The notes beneath the pieces were generated by a model, which saw only the letters and a program-made list of their open reading frames with translations, was not told the DNA's origin and searched no databases. The position numbers and the translations under genes were made by a program. DNA of 64,000 bases. Origin: an uncultured Chitinophaga sp. Its GTDB lineage: Bacteria > Bacteroidota > Bacteroidia > Chitinophagales > Chitinophagaceae. Below, one piece after another: positions 46,509 to 57,800 of the stretch (the first letter of the stretch is position 1; every line of letters starts with the position of its first letter). The stretch covers positions 545-64,544 of the forward strand of contig NZ_CABHOU010000103.1 in assembly GCF_902168175.1 (NCBI RefSeq). The letters run 5' to 3'.

Positions 46509-48616
46509 CGGAGAATAGATTTTAGCGTTTCGTTAATCCTGGATGGATACGAATCTACTGCTATTCCCGGATGTTTTTCTACCCAGCTTCGCTCCCAATA
46601 GAACCAATCGGGCAGGGTAGTGGGTTTGCCGGTTAAATTTCCTTCCAGGTGTGCAAAGTATATTGCCCAGCGTTCCCGGTAGAACGATTTCATCAGGCCG
46701 GCCCATTCTTTATAGGCATATTCATGCAGGTTGTCTTCCTTTTCATTATGGCCGCCCCAATAGGTGGTGAGCATCATCAGGTTCAACAGGTTATTCGTTT
46801 TTTCCAGCTTAGTATTGCCGGCATTAACTGCCTGTTTCTGGTAGGTAGGTAACCTGAAATAAGCATGCGCATTTAACAGGTCATTTTCCAGATCGCAGAG
46901 CTGCAGGAATTTGCCGGAAGAGAGTTTAAACGATGTCAGGTCTTTCGCATGATAATCGTTTACAAACTCCGCAAACACTTTATCGGCCCTGTTCGCCAAT
47001 ACCTGCCGGGCGAAGTTGATCAGGTCTGTTTTATACGTTTCGCTGCCCGTAAAGGCCGGCGCAGCTTTATAGAAATGTGTTACTGCTTTTACAAATACCG
47101 CGGTGTCGTATCCCTTCTTTAAATTCCCCCAACGGGATACCGATTTTATTTCCAGAGCAGGGCGCGCACAGAGTATATTTTCCGGCGGACCTTCCTGGTA
47201 ACCGGGGTTGCCATACACTGTTTGCAGGAGTAACTGCCAGGCCGAGTCGATATGCGGGTTGGATTTGCCGTAACGGGCGGCGGTGTAATCCTTCAGCCAT
47301 TTACTAACATCTAATTTTTCTTTGTGCCAGGCCAGTTCTAACAGCAATTCGTATACAACCGGGTTGTTGTTGATGCCTTCCGGCATAATGCCCACCCCTT
47401 TCATGTAATTGTTCTGGTTAGCCCTGTACACCTCGTCCGCAAACCTTTGTAATTTACCGTTAAGTCCCGGGCGTTCGCCGAAGTTGGTAACTGTACACCA
47501 GATAAAAGGCGTACCCTCGTACCCGTTACGGTCCTGCCAGTTCTGGGTGTTTTCGCCGAACAGTTCCTGCACCAGCAGCGACGATTTATCTACCTCGGAT
47601 ATCAATTGCTGCTTAGGGTTGTTCTGCCAGCCCTGTAACACCCATATAGCACCGGGAAAGTATTGTTGCATCACCTTTAGCACGCCCACACCGGCTTTGG
47701 CGAGGTCAACGCCTTCGGTAACGCCTCCTTCATGGAAAGGATCGCCGGAAAAGAAGCGGATGTCTTTACCGTAAGCCTTGCGGGTTTCGTCGTAAAAGAT
47801 CCCTGCAATGCGTGCGAATGCTGTATCCGTGGGGTCAAGGATGTCTGGACGTGGAAAAGCGCCCCAGGTACCTTGGAGTATGATATGTGCTTTTGTTTTG
47901 GCAGCCAGCGATTTGGGCACCATGCCGAAGAAGGCAGGCATTACGGGTTCGATGCCGAGCAGCTTCATACGGGCGAGCATTTTTTGCACCAGTACTTTGC
48001 GGCTATCGATCTGGCTTTGTGGCATTGGGCCGCCCCAGCCTTCGATATTGCCCATCAGCCACCAGGCGTTAAAAGCCGGGCCTGTAATGAAACCTTCGAT
48101 TTCTTTTGCACTAAAGCCCATGCGTTTCATCACATTCTGCCATACCACTTCCGTACCATTGGCCACCAGCATCATGTTTACACCATTTAGTGCCATCCAG
48201 TCCAGTTCATGCTCCCAGTCGGCCCAGGTATAAAAACTCATGGTGTAGTTGTAGGTGCAGTAGTTGAGTGCATGGCGGTAAATGGCCTGGCATTGTACCG
48301 TAACGGGTGTTTCCAGCTCCGGCAGTTTTGTTACAGGTGCGAGGTTGTCGCCCATGTGCGACATGCTGCGGTGGCAATAGTACCTGAGGTACCAGTTAAG
48401 GCCAACAGCTGCTGCATTGGGATTGTTGGCGCTTATCACCAGTTTATGCTGCTTGGTCTGTAACTGGAACGCGTCCGTTTTACTGTTCAGTGTTTCAAAT
48501 ACAATATGCTGTTGCAGCCAGGGTACGCGGCGTTTAACGAGTTGTTGTACGCCGGTAAAGTCTGCGGCAAAGCCCGCTGTAGGTAACAGCAGCAATAATA
48601 TAATGAGTTTCTTCAT
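46505..48616 (-). CDS. Alpha-N-acetylglucosaminidase, GH89
   Basis: LNYCTYNY, WEHELDWMALNGVN, GPAFNAWWLMGNIEGWGGP, DPFHEGG and MPEGINNNPVVYEL (catalytic Glu motifs), HEYAYKEWAGL. Confidence 0.93.
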   Translation of the reverse strand: MKKLIILLLLLPTAGFAADFTGVQQLVKRRVPWLQQHIVFETLNSKTDAFQLQTKQHKLVISANNPNAAAVGLNWYLRYYCHRSMSHMGDNLAPVTKLPELETPVTVQCQAIYRHALNYCTYNYTMSFYTWADWEHELDWMALNGVNMMLVANGTEVVWQNVMKRMGFSAKEIEGFITGPAFNAWWLMGNIEGWGGPMPQSQIDSRKVLVQKMLARMKLLGIEPVMPAFFGMVPKSLAAKTKAHIILQGTWGAFPRPDILDPTDTAFARIAGIFYDETRKAYGKDIRFFSGDPFHEGGVTEGVDLAKAGVGVLKVMQQYFPGAIWVLQGWQNNPKQQLISEVDKSSLLVQELFGENTQNWQDRNGYEGTPFIWCTVTNFGERPGLNGKLQRFADEVYRANQNNYMKGVGIMPEGINNNPVVYELLLELAWHKEKLDVSKWLKDYTAARYGKSNPHIDSAWQLLLQTVYGNPGYQEGPPENILCARPALEIKSVSRWGNLKKGYDTAVFVKAVTHFYKAAPAFTGSETYKTDLINFARQVLANRADKVFAEFVNDYHAKDLTSFKLSSGKFLQLCDLENDLLNAHAYFRLPTYQKQAVNAGNTKLEKTNNLLNLMMLTTYWGGHNEKEDNLHEYAYKEWAGLMKSFYRERWAIYFAHLEGNLTGKPTTLPDWFYWERSWVEKHPGIAVDSYPSRINETLKSILR

Positions 48617-48623
48617 GATCGAT

Positions 48624-50069
48624 TTAAAGTTTTACAGCACCTGTATTGCCACCACCACGCAGGGAAAGATTTACCGGTTTATTGTTTTTCCATGAACCAC
48701 CTGTAAAATCAGGCATGTCAACCGAATTGGAACGATGGTTTACCGACCAGGTGCTCAAAGGTGTAATGGCACTCCAGGTAGCCAGGTCGTACACATCAAT
48801 GTCGAGTGGCAGCCCGTTTCGCAGGCAGTCGATCATACGCCAGTCCATGATGAAGTCCATACCACCATGGCCGCCTACGGCTTTCGCTACTTCGGCTACG
48901 TGCGTCACTACTTCAGGTGTATAAAGTGTTTCCAGCTCTTTTACTTTTGCTTCGCTCAGAAAACCTTCGTGACCGAATGCAATTTTGCCCGGCTCCGGAT
49001 ATTTCTGTACAAAACCTTTGGTGCCACTAAGCGCGTGGATACGGCTGTAGGGGCGGGGAGTAGAAACATCGTGCTGTATCATGATCGTTTTTCCCTTATT
49101 CGTTTTTACCACCGATGTATTCATGTTGCCGCGATAGTGTTTACCTGCAAACTGCTGGTAGTAGGGATCGCCGCCCGCCGCAAGTTTGTTGGCCAGTGCT
49201 TCCATCATAAAATCGTTCGACGACATCGAAGTAAGGTATTCCATTTTGTCGCCGCGGTTGATGTTCATTGCCTGGGCAACGGGGCCCAGGCCGTGCGTAG
49301 GATAGAGGTTGCCGTTTTTCAGGTTCTCTTTCCAGCGCCAGCCCGGGGCTTCATCTGGCGATCCTGGTTTGTGGAAGAAGCCATCGAGCAGTGTATGAAT
49401 ATAAGCGCCTTCGCCATGCACCAGTTCTCCCAATAAACCCTTCTGCGCCATGTTGATAGTCAGTGTTTCAAAAAAGTCGTAGCAGCAATTTTCCAGTTGC
49501 ATACAGTGTTTCCTGGTGCGCTCCGATGTTTCCACCATCTGCCAGCACTCTTCAAGTGTAACAGCGCCCGGAACTTCCACCGCTACGTGTTTCCCGTGTT
49601 CCATAGCGTATATGGCAATTGGAGCGTGCCATTCCCATGGTGTAGCAATGTAGATGAGATCTATATCATCACGTTCGCACATTTTTTTATAAGCATTCAC
49701 ATCGCCGAAGTATTCAGCCGCCGCAGCGAATCCTTTTTCCTTCAATACCTGCTGGCTCTTTTTTACTGCCACTTCGCGGATGTCGCAAAGCGCTTTGATC
49801 TCCACGTTCCGGATATTGGTCATCCTGTGTACTGCCCAGCCACCGCGGTTGCCAATGCCTACATAACCAATACGAACGGTTGGTATTTTGGGAGCGGCAT
49901 AACCGGTCATATTAAACAATTGCTTATGCTTTTTTGATTGCGAAAGGCTTTGCTGTACCGATTCGTTCAAAGCACCTGCAGAAGCATAGCCGAACATATT
50001 ACCCAATAATAATCCACCCGTGCCGGCGGTGGCCCTTTTCAGAAAGCTGCGTCGGTTATTTATACTCAT
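48624..50069 (-). CDS. GH109 (Gfo/Idh/MocA fold) NAD+-dependent alpha-N-acetylgalactosaminidase-like enzyme, Tat-exported
   Basis: Twin-arginine RRSFLK, GIGNRG, IATPWEWH, AVEVP, QLENCCY, GH109 motif YPTHGLGP, GGHGGMDFIM. Confidence 0.9.
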   Translation of the reverse strand: MSINNRRSFLKRATAGTGGLLLGNMFGYASAGALNESVQQSLSQSKKHKQLFNMTGYAAPKIPTVRIGYVGIGNRGGWAVHRMTNIRNVEIKALCDIREVAVKKSQQVLKEKGFAAAAEYFGDVNAYKKMCERDDIDLIYIATPWEWHAPIAIYAMEHGKHVAVEVPGAVTLEECWQMVETSERTRKHCMQLENCCYDFFETLTINMAQKGLLGELVHGEGAYIHTLLDGFFHKPGSPDEAPGWRWKENLKNGNLYPTHGLGPVAQAMNINRGDKMEYLTSMSSNDFMMEALANKLAAGGDPYYQQFAGKHYRGNMNTSVVKTNKGKTIMIQHDVSTPRPYSRIHALSGTKGFVQKYPEPGKIAFGHEGFLSEAKVKELETLYTPEVVTHVAEVAKAVGGHGGMDFIMDWRMIDCLRNGLPLDIDVYDLATWSAITPLSTWSVNHRSNSVDMPDFTGGSWKNNKPVNLSLRGGGNTGAVKL

Positions 50070-50095
50070 AAAAAAATTATTTAGCTGTTGATGTG

Positions 50096-51631
50096 CTATT
50101 GCGCCTGGTAAGCGCCCAATCCTATATTTGTCCCGTTAAACCTGGGTTTTCCCAGTATGTCCGTTGTACCGTTAACATCCGCCGAAATGAATACACCACC
50201 GGTTTTTGCGGGGGAGGCAGATTGTAGCTGGAGATCGGGTAACTGTAAGTTTACGAACAGCGGATCGAGGTGACTAACAGAAGCTTCGTCTGTGCCCGAT
50301 GCATTTTGCCAGGCGGCCAGTGTGGTGTACGGTGTGCCATTGGTGCTGTTCCATATCCATTGCGGTGTGCCTGTGGTGAAATACATGTTGTTATTGATGA
50401 TGTTGCCCGATCCGGTGTTGCTGTATTTATGAACGAAAATACCACCGGGCCTTGCATACACGATATTGTTCCTGATTATGTTGTTAAAGCATTGTTCCGT
50501 GAGTCTTATTTCCCCTTCATTTTCACCGAAAGCGCCGTTTTCACGGTTGTTGAAGAAGATGGTGTTGTTGACCACATAACAATCCCTGGTACCGCCGGAG
50601 GTATAACCCAGGTAACCGCCCAGGTAAATACCCGTACGCCAGCAGTTGTACACAACGTTATTGCGAACGATGCAGTTGCTGGTAGGGAAGGCGTCGTTTT
50701 CACTCACAATACCGATCCCGCGATCAGTATTGTATATTTTATTCTTCTCTACGGTAATGTTACGTGCGCCATCTACATAAATGCCGATAGCACCGTGACC
50801 GTGAATGGGGCCTACGGGGCCGGTGGTCATATCGATATTAAACAATTCGTTGCCGGTAATAACACCATTGCGGGCGTAGTTAAATTCCGGTACAGTGTTG
50901 GCGGCGTAGCCACCTGCAGCGTCAATGCCAATGTTTTCAGCATTGTATATCTTGTTGCCGCGGATGGTAAAGCCATCAACATACCCGTTAATGGTCAGGT
51001 TTTCGCTGTAGCCGGTGTTACAGTCGTGTATCTCGTTATCCTCCACCAGGATATTTTTCATAGGGGTGCTGGTGTTACCGAATATTTCGATGGCATGCGC
51101 GCTTCTGCCATCTGCAGGCGCTGCATTGTGTTCAATGTTGTAAATCTTATTTTTCCTGATGATGAGGTTACTGGCTCCCGCGTCTGCTACTATACCGTTG
51201 GGACTAACCCAGGGCGAACTGCTTTTGAAGTTGCACACATCAAATCCTTCAAAAATAATGTAGCTGGATTTACTGATGTTGACCAGGGCTTCTTTGCCGG
51301 TAACGCCCAGGCCCGTTCCGTCGATTACCGGTTTATCACCGGGGTAGGCCTTTAATGTAATGTATTTATCCAGTCGTCCCGATTTCGGGAACCGTACATT
51401 TTCGTGGTACACCCCCGTTTTCACCATCACCGTATCGCCGGCCACAGCTTTGTCTAAAGCGGTATTAATACCCCTCAGTGGTGCGTTAATAGTGCCCGCA
51501 GCGGCATCGCTGCCAGTGGGTGATACATAGTACGTTTTGGAAGACGGTGTGTTGCCGCCAGTGGGCGCGCTGCCACTTTTGCTACAGGCACAGGCCAGCA
51601 GCAATATTACACATAAGCGAATGGAATACAT
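50096..51631 (-). CDS. Lipoprotein with DUF1565-like N-terminus and right-handed parallel beta-helix
   Basis: Lipobox CAC, YYVSPTGSD...GTINAPLRGI, repeated Asn-ladder strands (NKIYN, NEIHD, NELFN, NNVVYN, NNTIFFN), ending D...PRF....IGLGAYQ. Confidence 0.85.
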   Translation of the reverse strand: MYSIRLCVILLLACACSKSGSAPTGGNTPSSKTYYVSPTGSDAAAGTINAPLRGINTALDKAVAGDTVMVKTGVYHENVRFPKSGRLDKYITLKAYPGDKPVIDGTGLGVTGKEALVNISKSSYIIFEGFDVCNFKSSSPWVSPNGIVADAGASNLIIRKNKIYNIEHNAAPADGRSAHAIEIFGNTSTPMKNILVEDNEIHDCNTGYSENLTINGYVDGFTIRGNKIYNAENIGIDAAGGYAANTVPEFNYARNGVITGNELFNIDMTTGPVGPIHGHGAIGIYVDGARNITVEKNKIYNTDRGIGIVSENDAFPTSNCIVRNNVVYNCWRTGIYLGGYLGYTSGGTRDCYVVNNTIFFNNRENGAFGENEGEIRLTEQCFNNIIRNNIVYARPGGIFVHKYSNTGSGNIINNNMYFTTGTPQWIWNSTNGTPYTTLAAWQNASGTDEASVSHLDPLFVNLQLPDLQLQSASPAKTGGVFISADVNGTTDILGKPRFNGTNIGLGAYQAQ

Positions 51632-51636
51632 GGTAG

Positions 51637-51668
51637 AAAAAGGTGGGTGACAACCGGAGCTGCCACCC
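51637..51668 (-). terminator. Intra-operon stem-loop (terminator-like) between IPT/NHL and beta-helix genes
   Basis: Minus strand GGGTGGCAGC-TCCG-GTTGTCACCC (10-bp stem, two G-U pairs) followed by ACC-TTTTT. Confidence 0.65.
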
Positions 51669-51678
51669 GTTTATATGG

Positions 51679-52974
51679 TTACTCGGATACTATTTTTCTT
51701 ACACGGTTGTTGTTTTTGTCCAGTACGTACACCGTACCGTTTTTATCCACTGTTACGCCTGTAGGCGCACTAAAGGCTGCTGCTTCACCAATGCCATTGC
51801 TGTAACCTGCCGTGCCGCTGCCAGCGAACGTACTCACGGTCCAGGTACCCGGCTCAATAAAGCGGATGCTTTGATCAGGATTGTTTGTACCACCATCGCT
51901 GCGGCCGTTGGTCGCTACGTAAATGTTACCATTACTGTCCAGTGCCAGGCTCCAGGGTAAAGAGAATTTAGCGGCGGTACCTACACCGTTTTGATAGCCG
52001 CCTACATTTAACTGGCCGGCCACAATAGAGCGTGTCCAGGTGCCCACGTCGAATTTATAGATAACGTTTTCTCCATGACCGGTCACAAACATGTTGCCGT
52101 CTTTATCGAAATCGAAACCTGTAGGATATACAAGACCCTGAACGATGGCGGTTGAATTACCGTCTTCCAGTTTATATATATTCGCGCTGCCTACTGCACC
52201 GCTATAATACACCTGGTCTGTTCTTTTGTCCACAGCAACTGACCATGGCTCCTGTGATGCCCAGCCAATGGTGGTTGCTGTTCCATCCTGGGTAATTTTA
52301 CGGATATCCCAGTTGATAGGATCTACGGTATACATATTGCCTGCTTTATCTAAAGCCAGGTCGTAAGGATACCAGAAATTTGCGCCGGTACCCTGGCCAT
52401 CAGCATAACCTCCAACGTTCGGATTACCTGCTACCAGTGTTACGTTGCCCGCGCTGTCGATTTTCCGGATGCAATGGTTGCCAGGGTCTGCTATGAAAAC
52501 ATTCAGGTTGTCGTCTACCGCAATACCCTGCGATCTGTACCAGTTAGCACCGCTGAAATTGAAAGAGGCGTTTTCGCCTTTGCCGTTTGCATAACCTGCG
52601 GTACCGTTGCCTGCAAGCGTGCTTACGGTGCGGGTGAATCGGTAATTAAATACATCGGTGCTGGTTACGCTGTTGCTGCCCACTTTCACGGTGATAGTAC
52701 CGGAGCCGCACTTCTTCGGCACTACGGCCATGATCTGTTTGGTGTTAGCACCGGTGATCACCAGTTTGTTGCCATTGATCAGTACTTCAAGCTGGGAAGT
52801 ATCACCCGAAAAGTTTTCGCCGGTAATCAGTATCGATGTGCCACCGCTGCCTTGTTCCGGTGTAAAGCTGGTGATGGTCATCGGCTGAGATGGATTGTGC
52901 CCGAGATCATCTTTGCTGCAGCCCGCCATGATTAACACGGCGAGCAGCAGGTATATAGAAAATGACTTTATCAT
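51679..52974 (-). CDS. IPT/TIG domain + NHL-repeat beta-propeller lipoprotein (PUL surface protein)
   Basis: Lipobox AGC, ITSFTPEQGSGGTSILITGENF, NHL repeats (VSTLAGNG, IADPGNHCIRKID, FSAPTGVTVDKNGTVYVLDKNNNRVRKI). Confidence 0.88.
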   Translation of the reverse strand: MIKSFSIYLLLAVLIMAGCSKDDLGHNPSQPMTITSFTPEQGSGGTSILITGENFSGDTSQLEVLINGNKLVITGANTKQIMAVVPKKCGSGTITVKVGSNSVTSTDVFNYRFTRTVSTLAGNGTAGYANGKGENASFNFSGANWYRSQGIAVDDNLNVFIADPGNHCIRKIDSAGNVTLVAGNPNVGGYADGQGTGANFWYPYDLALDKAGNMYTVDPINWDIRKITQDGTATTIGWASQEPWSVAVDKRTDQVYYSGAVGSANIYKLEDGNSTAIVQGLVYPTGFDFDKDGNMFVTGHGENVIYKFDVGTWTRSIVAGQLNVGGYQNGVGTAAKFSLPWSLALDSNGNIYVATNGRSDGGTNNPDQSIRFIEPGTWTVSTFAGSGTAGYSNGIGEAAAFSAPTGVTVDKNGTVYVLDKNNNRVRKIVSE

Positions 52975-53005
52975 AGATAATGCATTGAAGTTTGTGTGAA
53001 TGATA

Positions 53006-54844
53006 TTACCAGCCCGGATTTGGCACGATGGCCCTGTTACGCTCTATGTCGCCCTGCAGAATAGGGTAGAGGTACATTTTGTCGTCCCAATACCTTTGCT
53101 GGAACAACTTCCTGGTGTATAAGCCGGTAAAGGCGAATCCAAGCCCGTTATCGTTCGCGTTAACGTCCAGGCCGTAAATAGCGGTGTGTTCCGGTTTACC
53201 CAGCAGCAACCTCCTGGTAAGGGTGTAGTAACGATCGGTTTCGAAACAAAGTTCTACCTGCCTTTCGCGCAGAATGTGTTTACGCATTTGGTCCTGGTTG
53301 CCCACAGCACCGGGGTATACGATTTCTATGCCTGGCAAACCTGCTCTTGTTCTTACGAGGTTCAGGTAAGTAACAATGTTAGGATCGCCCGGATCAAATT
53401 CGTTGAGGGCTTCTACATAATCTAACAGTATCTCCGAATAACGCAGCAGTATGTAGGGACCGCGGAAGGCAACCTGGTCGTTACGGATGTTATCGTTCGC
53501 GCTGATCCGTTTGAGTGGCAGGTAGCCGGTAAGGTTGCCCGTAGCGGTACGCTGACCAGATTTGCCATTATAGTAAAACTCTGCACGTCCCTGGCCGTTG
53601 ATGTTATTATCTGATGAGTAAAAGTTTTTGTCGTCCAGAGTTGGTGCAGGTACTACGGGGCGGCCGTTGTACATGATGTAGGCATAGAAACGGGGTTCGC
53701 GGTTAGCGTACATGTTCCAGTCATTTTGCCTGTGCCCCCAGCTGTTGGCGCCACTGCTTTGTGCAAAACCTGTTTCTACGTAACCGGAAGTGTTATCGTC
53801 GATGGTTTTACCATTTGCCATAGCAAAGGCATCTACCAGGTTCTGAGTAGGATTGTACATATTGTAACCACCTGGTGCAGGGGACGCACATTTTGTGAAG
53901 CCCCAGCGGCTCCAGCCTACTTTGCCAAACACGATCTCGTCGTTCCAGTTAGTCAGGAACACGTCGCGAACGGAAGCATACGGATCAAATGTGGTACCAC
54001 CGTTATCAAGGTTGGTAAACAGTTTAAAGTAGTTGGAGTCAATTACGGCTTTTGCTGCATCGGCCGCCAGTTTCCACCTGTTTTTATCATAACTGAGCGG
54101 TGCAAGTGGTGTTTGGTCGGCATTTTTAAAGGTGGCAAAAGCCGGGTTACCATTCCATAACGGGCTTGCGGCGAGCATGTTGGTTTTCACTTTCAGGGCC
54201 ATACAGGCGCCTTTTGTGGGTCTGCCAAAGTTTGAATTCGCCTCCCATTTAGCAGGAAGTCCTACCATGGCTTCGTCCATCAGGTTGTTGATGAAGCCTA
54301 CACAAGTATCGAACGGTGCGCGTGGGAATTGATGAAAGTCGGCGTCCTGTGGGATTAGCGTGGTCACTTTTACGAACGGGCCATATTGTCTTAACAGATT
54401 CCAGTAGAAGAAACCACGGAGGAATTTATTCTCTGATTTGTACTGCAGTTTAAGCTCGTCGCTCAGCTGGTTGGCCGGTACTTTGTCAATGTTCTGCTCA
54501 AATACATAACTCTTACGAATGGCGGTGTAAAACCATGCCCATGTTTCAAAATAACCGCTGGTAGGGCTCCAGTTGCCGATGGCCATCTGGCGAACGCCTA
54601 CTGTAGGGATAGAAACAGAGGATTCATCAGAAGCGCCCATTGTTTCAAAGTCGCCACCGGCCCTGTTATCGGGCAGATAGCCATATATGTTGTAGAGATA
54701 GGCTTCGGCATTCGCCCTGGTTTGCCATATCTGGTCCTCAGTTAAAAGATTGTCCGGCTTTTGGTCCAGGTATTTGGTGCAGGAAGTAATACCTACAGCC
54801 AGCAGAAGGCCTGTGAACAGAATAATATATTTACACGTATTCAT
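53006..54844 (-). CDS. SusD-family lipoprotein
   Basis: Lipobox TSC, ENKFLRGFFYWNLLRQYGP, RYSEILLDYVEA, RERQVELCFETDRYY, LYPI..GDI.RN. Confidence 0.95.
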   Translation of the reverse strand: MNTCKYIILFTGLLLAVGITSCTKYLDQKPDNLLTEDQIWQTRANAEAYLYNIYGYLPDNRAGGDFETMGASDESSVSIPTVGVRQMAIGNWSPTSGYFETWAWFYTAIRKSYVFEQNIDKVPANQLSDELKLQYKSENKFLRGFFYWNLLRQYGPFVKVTTLIPQDADFHQFPRAPFDTCVGFINNLMDEAMVGLPAKWEANSNFGRPTKGACMALKVKTNMLAASPLWNGNPAFATFKNADQTPLAPLSYDKNRWKLAADAAKAVIDSNYFKLFTNLDNGGTTFDPYASVRDVFLTNWNDEIVFGKVGWSRWGFTKCASPAPGGYNMYNPTQNLVDAFAMANGKTIDDNTSGYVETGFAQSSGANSWGHRQNDWNMYANREPRFYAYIMYNGRPVVPAPTLDDKNFYSSDNNINGQGRAEFYYNGKSGQRTATGNLTGYLPLKRISANDNIRNDQVAFRGPYILLRYSEILLDYVEALNEFDPGDPNIVTYLNLVRTRAGLPGIEIVYPGAVGNQDQMRKHILRERQVELCFETDRYYTLTRRLLLGKPEHTAIYGLDVNANDNGLGFAFTGLYTRKLFQQRYWDDKMYLYPILQGDIERNRAIVPNPGW

Positions 54845-54869
54845 CTTTAATGTTTTTGTTGTTACCTGA

Positions 54870-57800
54870 TCAAAACTGTGCTCTCAGACCTACGGTGATC
54901 GTTCTTGCATAAGGATACCTGGCTGCTGAATTACCTAACTCCGGGTCCCACGTTTTGAACTTGGAGAAAGTAAGCAGGTTGGTGCCCGCAGCGTAACAAT
55001 GCAGACTGCTGATGCCTGTTTTGTTCATAGCCGGTGTGATGATCTGATAGCCGATAGAAGCCTGTTTCAAACGCATGAAACTACCGTCTTTTAACCACCA
55101 GGTGCTGCGAACGTAGTTGTTATCTTCTGAGTTGGCCATGCTGAGTCTCGGATACTCAACGTCCTGGCTTGGGTTTTCTTCCGTCCACCTGTTTTTAACA
55201 TTGGCGATCACGTTGGCAGGATACTGACCGATACCGGCGAAAGGCACAACACCCACACCGGCAGAACTGCCGTCGTTCATGTTAATTTGATCACCATTGG
55301 CCATGATGCCCACATCTGCAATACCAGAGAAAATAGCCGAGAGGTCGAAGCGGCGGTAGGTAACATTGAACCCGTAACCGTAAGACCATGTAGGGAAGGT
55401 GGATTTGCCGAGGTAAGTCTGATCATTGGCGTTAATAACACCGTCATTGTTCAGGTCTTCGTATTTAATGTCGCCTGGTTTTACAGGGCGCATTTGCTCC
55501 GGACTTTTATCGATGTCGTTCTGGTCTGCGAAGAGGCCGAGGCTTTTGTAACCGTACAATTCAGACCATACCCTGTTTTCAGGCTGCTGGTAATCGTACA
55601 GGTACTTAGGACTATCTCTGAAAAGCACTTTGTTTTTCGCGTAGGTAACATTACCGAACAAACGGATAGTTCCATCTTCGCCAAACTTGTCGTTATATTC
55701 CAGGGTACCATCAATACCCCTGTTCTGCATTCTGCCCAAATTCGCAAAGGAGGCGAGTTCTGTATAGCCACCGATGGAAGAAATGGAATTTCTCTGGATC
55801 AGGATAGCCGATCTTTTGTCCTGGAACACGTCTACGATCAGGCTGAACTTATTCAGAAGCCCAACTTCGAGGCCAATGTTCGTTTTCGCTGATTTTTCCC
55901 ATGTAAGGTTGTCAGCACCTATCACTTGTTCTGTTATACCCTCGTACCAGGTGGGAGAGTACCCCAGTTGTGTACCGCCGCCAGTACCCACGTAGGTAAG
56001 ATAGCCAAACCGGTCGCCTGCAATCTGGTCGTTACCGGTAAGTCCCCAGGAGGCTCTTACTTTAAGCAGGTTGATGGTGGAAGTAAAAGGCGTAAAGAAG
56101 TCTTCTTTCGATATTACCCAACCGGCAGATACTGCAGGGAAGTAACCCCAGCGATTGCCTTTTTCAAAGTTCTCTGAACCGGTAGCACCGAGGTTGGCCT
56201 CAGCCATGTACTTGTCATTGTAAGCATATGTTACACGACCGGCGAAGCCCTGGTTGCGGAAGGGAATAGCATTTTTCAGCGTGCCGGCGGCACCGATAAG
56301 ACGGTTACGGGCAGATGCTACGAGTAAGCCACCTACCGTGTGTTTGCCGAAGTTGCGATCGTAGTTGATGTTACCTTCGAGGTACATTACCCGTTCGCCC
56401 TGCGAGCTATATTCGTAACCCAGGTAAGTGCTGCCGTTCCTTACACGTTCTAACGCCAGTGTGCCGTCCGGGTTGCGGGAACCGGCGTACCAAAGATCGT
56501 TGAGACCCTTGCGGCTGTTGTTAAACTCGCCATAGGTATCAAACGAAAAACGGCCTGTAGCGCTAAGTCCATTTATAATACCATCGAGGCGCTGGTTAAG
56601 GGAAAGGATGGATTGTACGGAGGGACGGAACTCAGTGCTGTAACCTGCGTTCTGTACGAGGTTGAAAGGATTGTTACCGCCGTTTGCGCGCGGGCCTGCC
56701 CATATATTGTCACCGTATTTTATAGGGTAGGCAACCGGGTTGGTAGCAAAGGAATTGTACCAGATAGTGCTCGCAGAATTGCCTGGATAACGGCTGTTCA
56801 CCAGCATCGCCGCCAGGTTTAATGATAATATCGTAGACTTGGTAATGTTGAGGTCAATATTGCTTCTGAAGTCGTAACGTTTGAAGTTCAGGTTGGGATT
56901 GTAGCCGTTTACGTCTTTATCTACTTTATACTGGCCTTCCTGGTTAAAGAAGGACATAGACACGTAATAACGCATGGCTTCTCCGCCACCGCTGATATTT
57001 ACGTTCGCGTTGGTCATAGAAGCCCAGTCGCGGTAAATAGCATCGATCCAGTTTACGTTTGGATAGAGGTAAGGGTCCAGACCGCTGGCCGTTTTAGCGA
57101 TTGTTTCGTCCGAATACACAGGTGTTTCACCATTATTCGTGCGCGCTTCGTTTAAGAGCTGCATGTAACTTACGCCATCCAGCATTTTCGGTAATTTTGT
57201 AAGGCCGGTTACGCCCGATTCCACCTTAGCAGATACTTTGGCTTTGCCGGCAATCCCCTTTTTTGTGGTGATGATCAATACGCCGTTAGCGCCTTTGGCA
57301 CCGAATATGGCAGTAGCAGAGGCATCTTTCAGTAAGGAAATGCTCTGGATATCTTCCGCATCAATGTTGTTAAACGCGCCCCCGTAAGTGCTGTTCACAT
57401 CCTCACGCTGTACACCATCTACAATGATCAACGGACTGCGGTTACCGGTAAATGTGCCTACACCACGGATCGTAAATTCCGGGTTATCATATCCAGGCTC
57501 ACCACCGCCGCTCTGCACCGAAATCACACCGGCCACTTTACCGGCCAGTGCATTTGTGAGCGAACGTACCGGTGTTTGCATATCGGCCATATTTACGGTG
57601 GATACGGCGCCTGTAACGGTTACTTTCTTTTGGGCACCAAAACCTACTACCACGATCTCATCCAGTTTGTCAACCTTTTCAGTTAACGCGATTTTGAGCG
57701 TTTTGCGGTCGGTTACGGCTACCTGCTCCGGGTTCATCCCCATCATATTAAAGTTGAGGATTTCACCTTTGTCGGCATCCAGCGAGAATACACCCAATTC

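Noticed and set aside
50270-51355. 361-aa plus-strand ORF
   Set aside because: Fully antisense to the beta-helix gene and shows no motifs; a shadow ORF.
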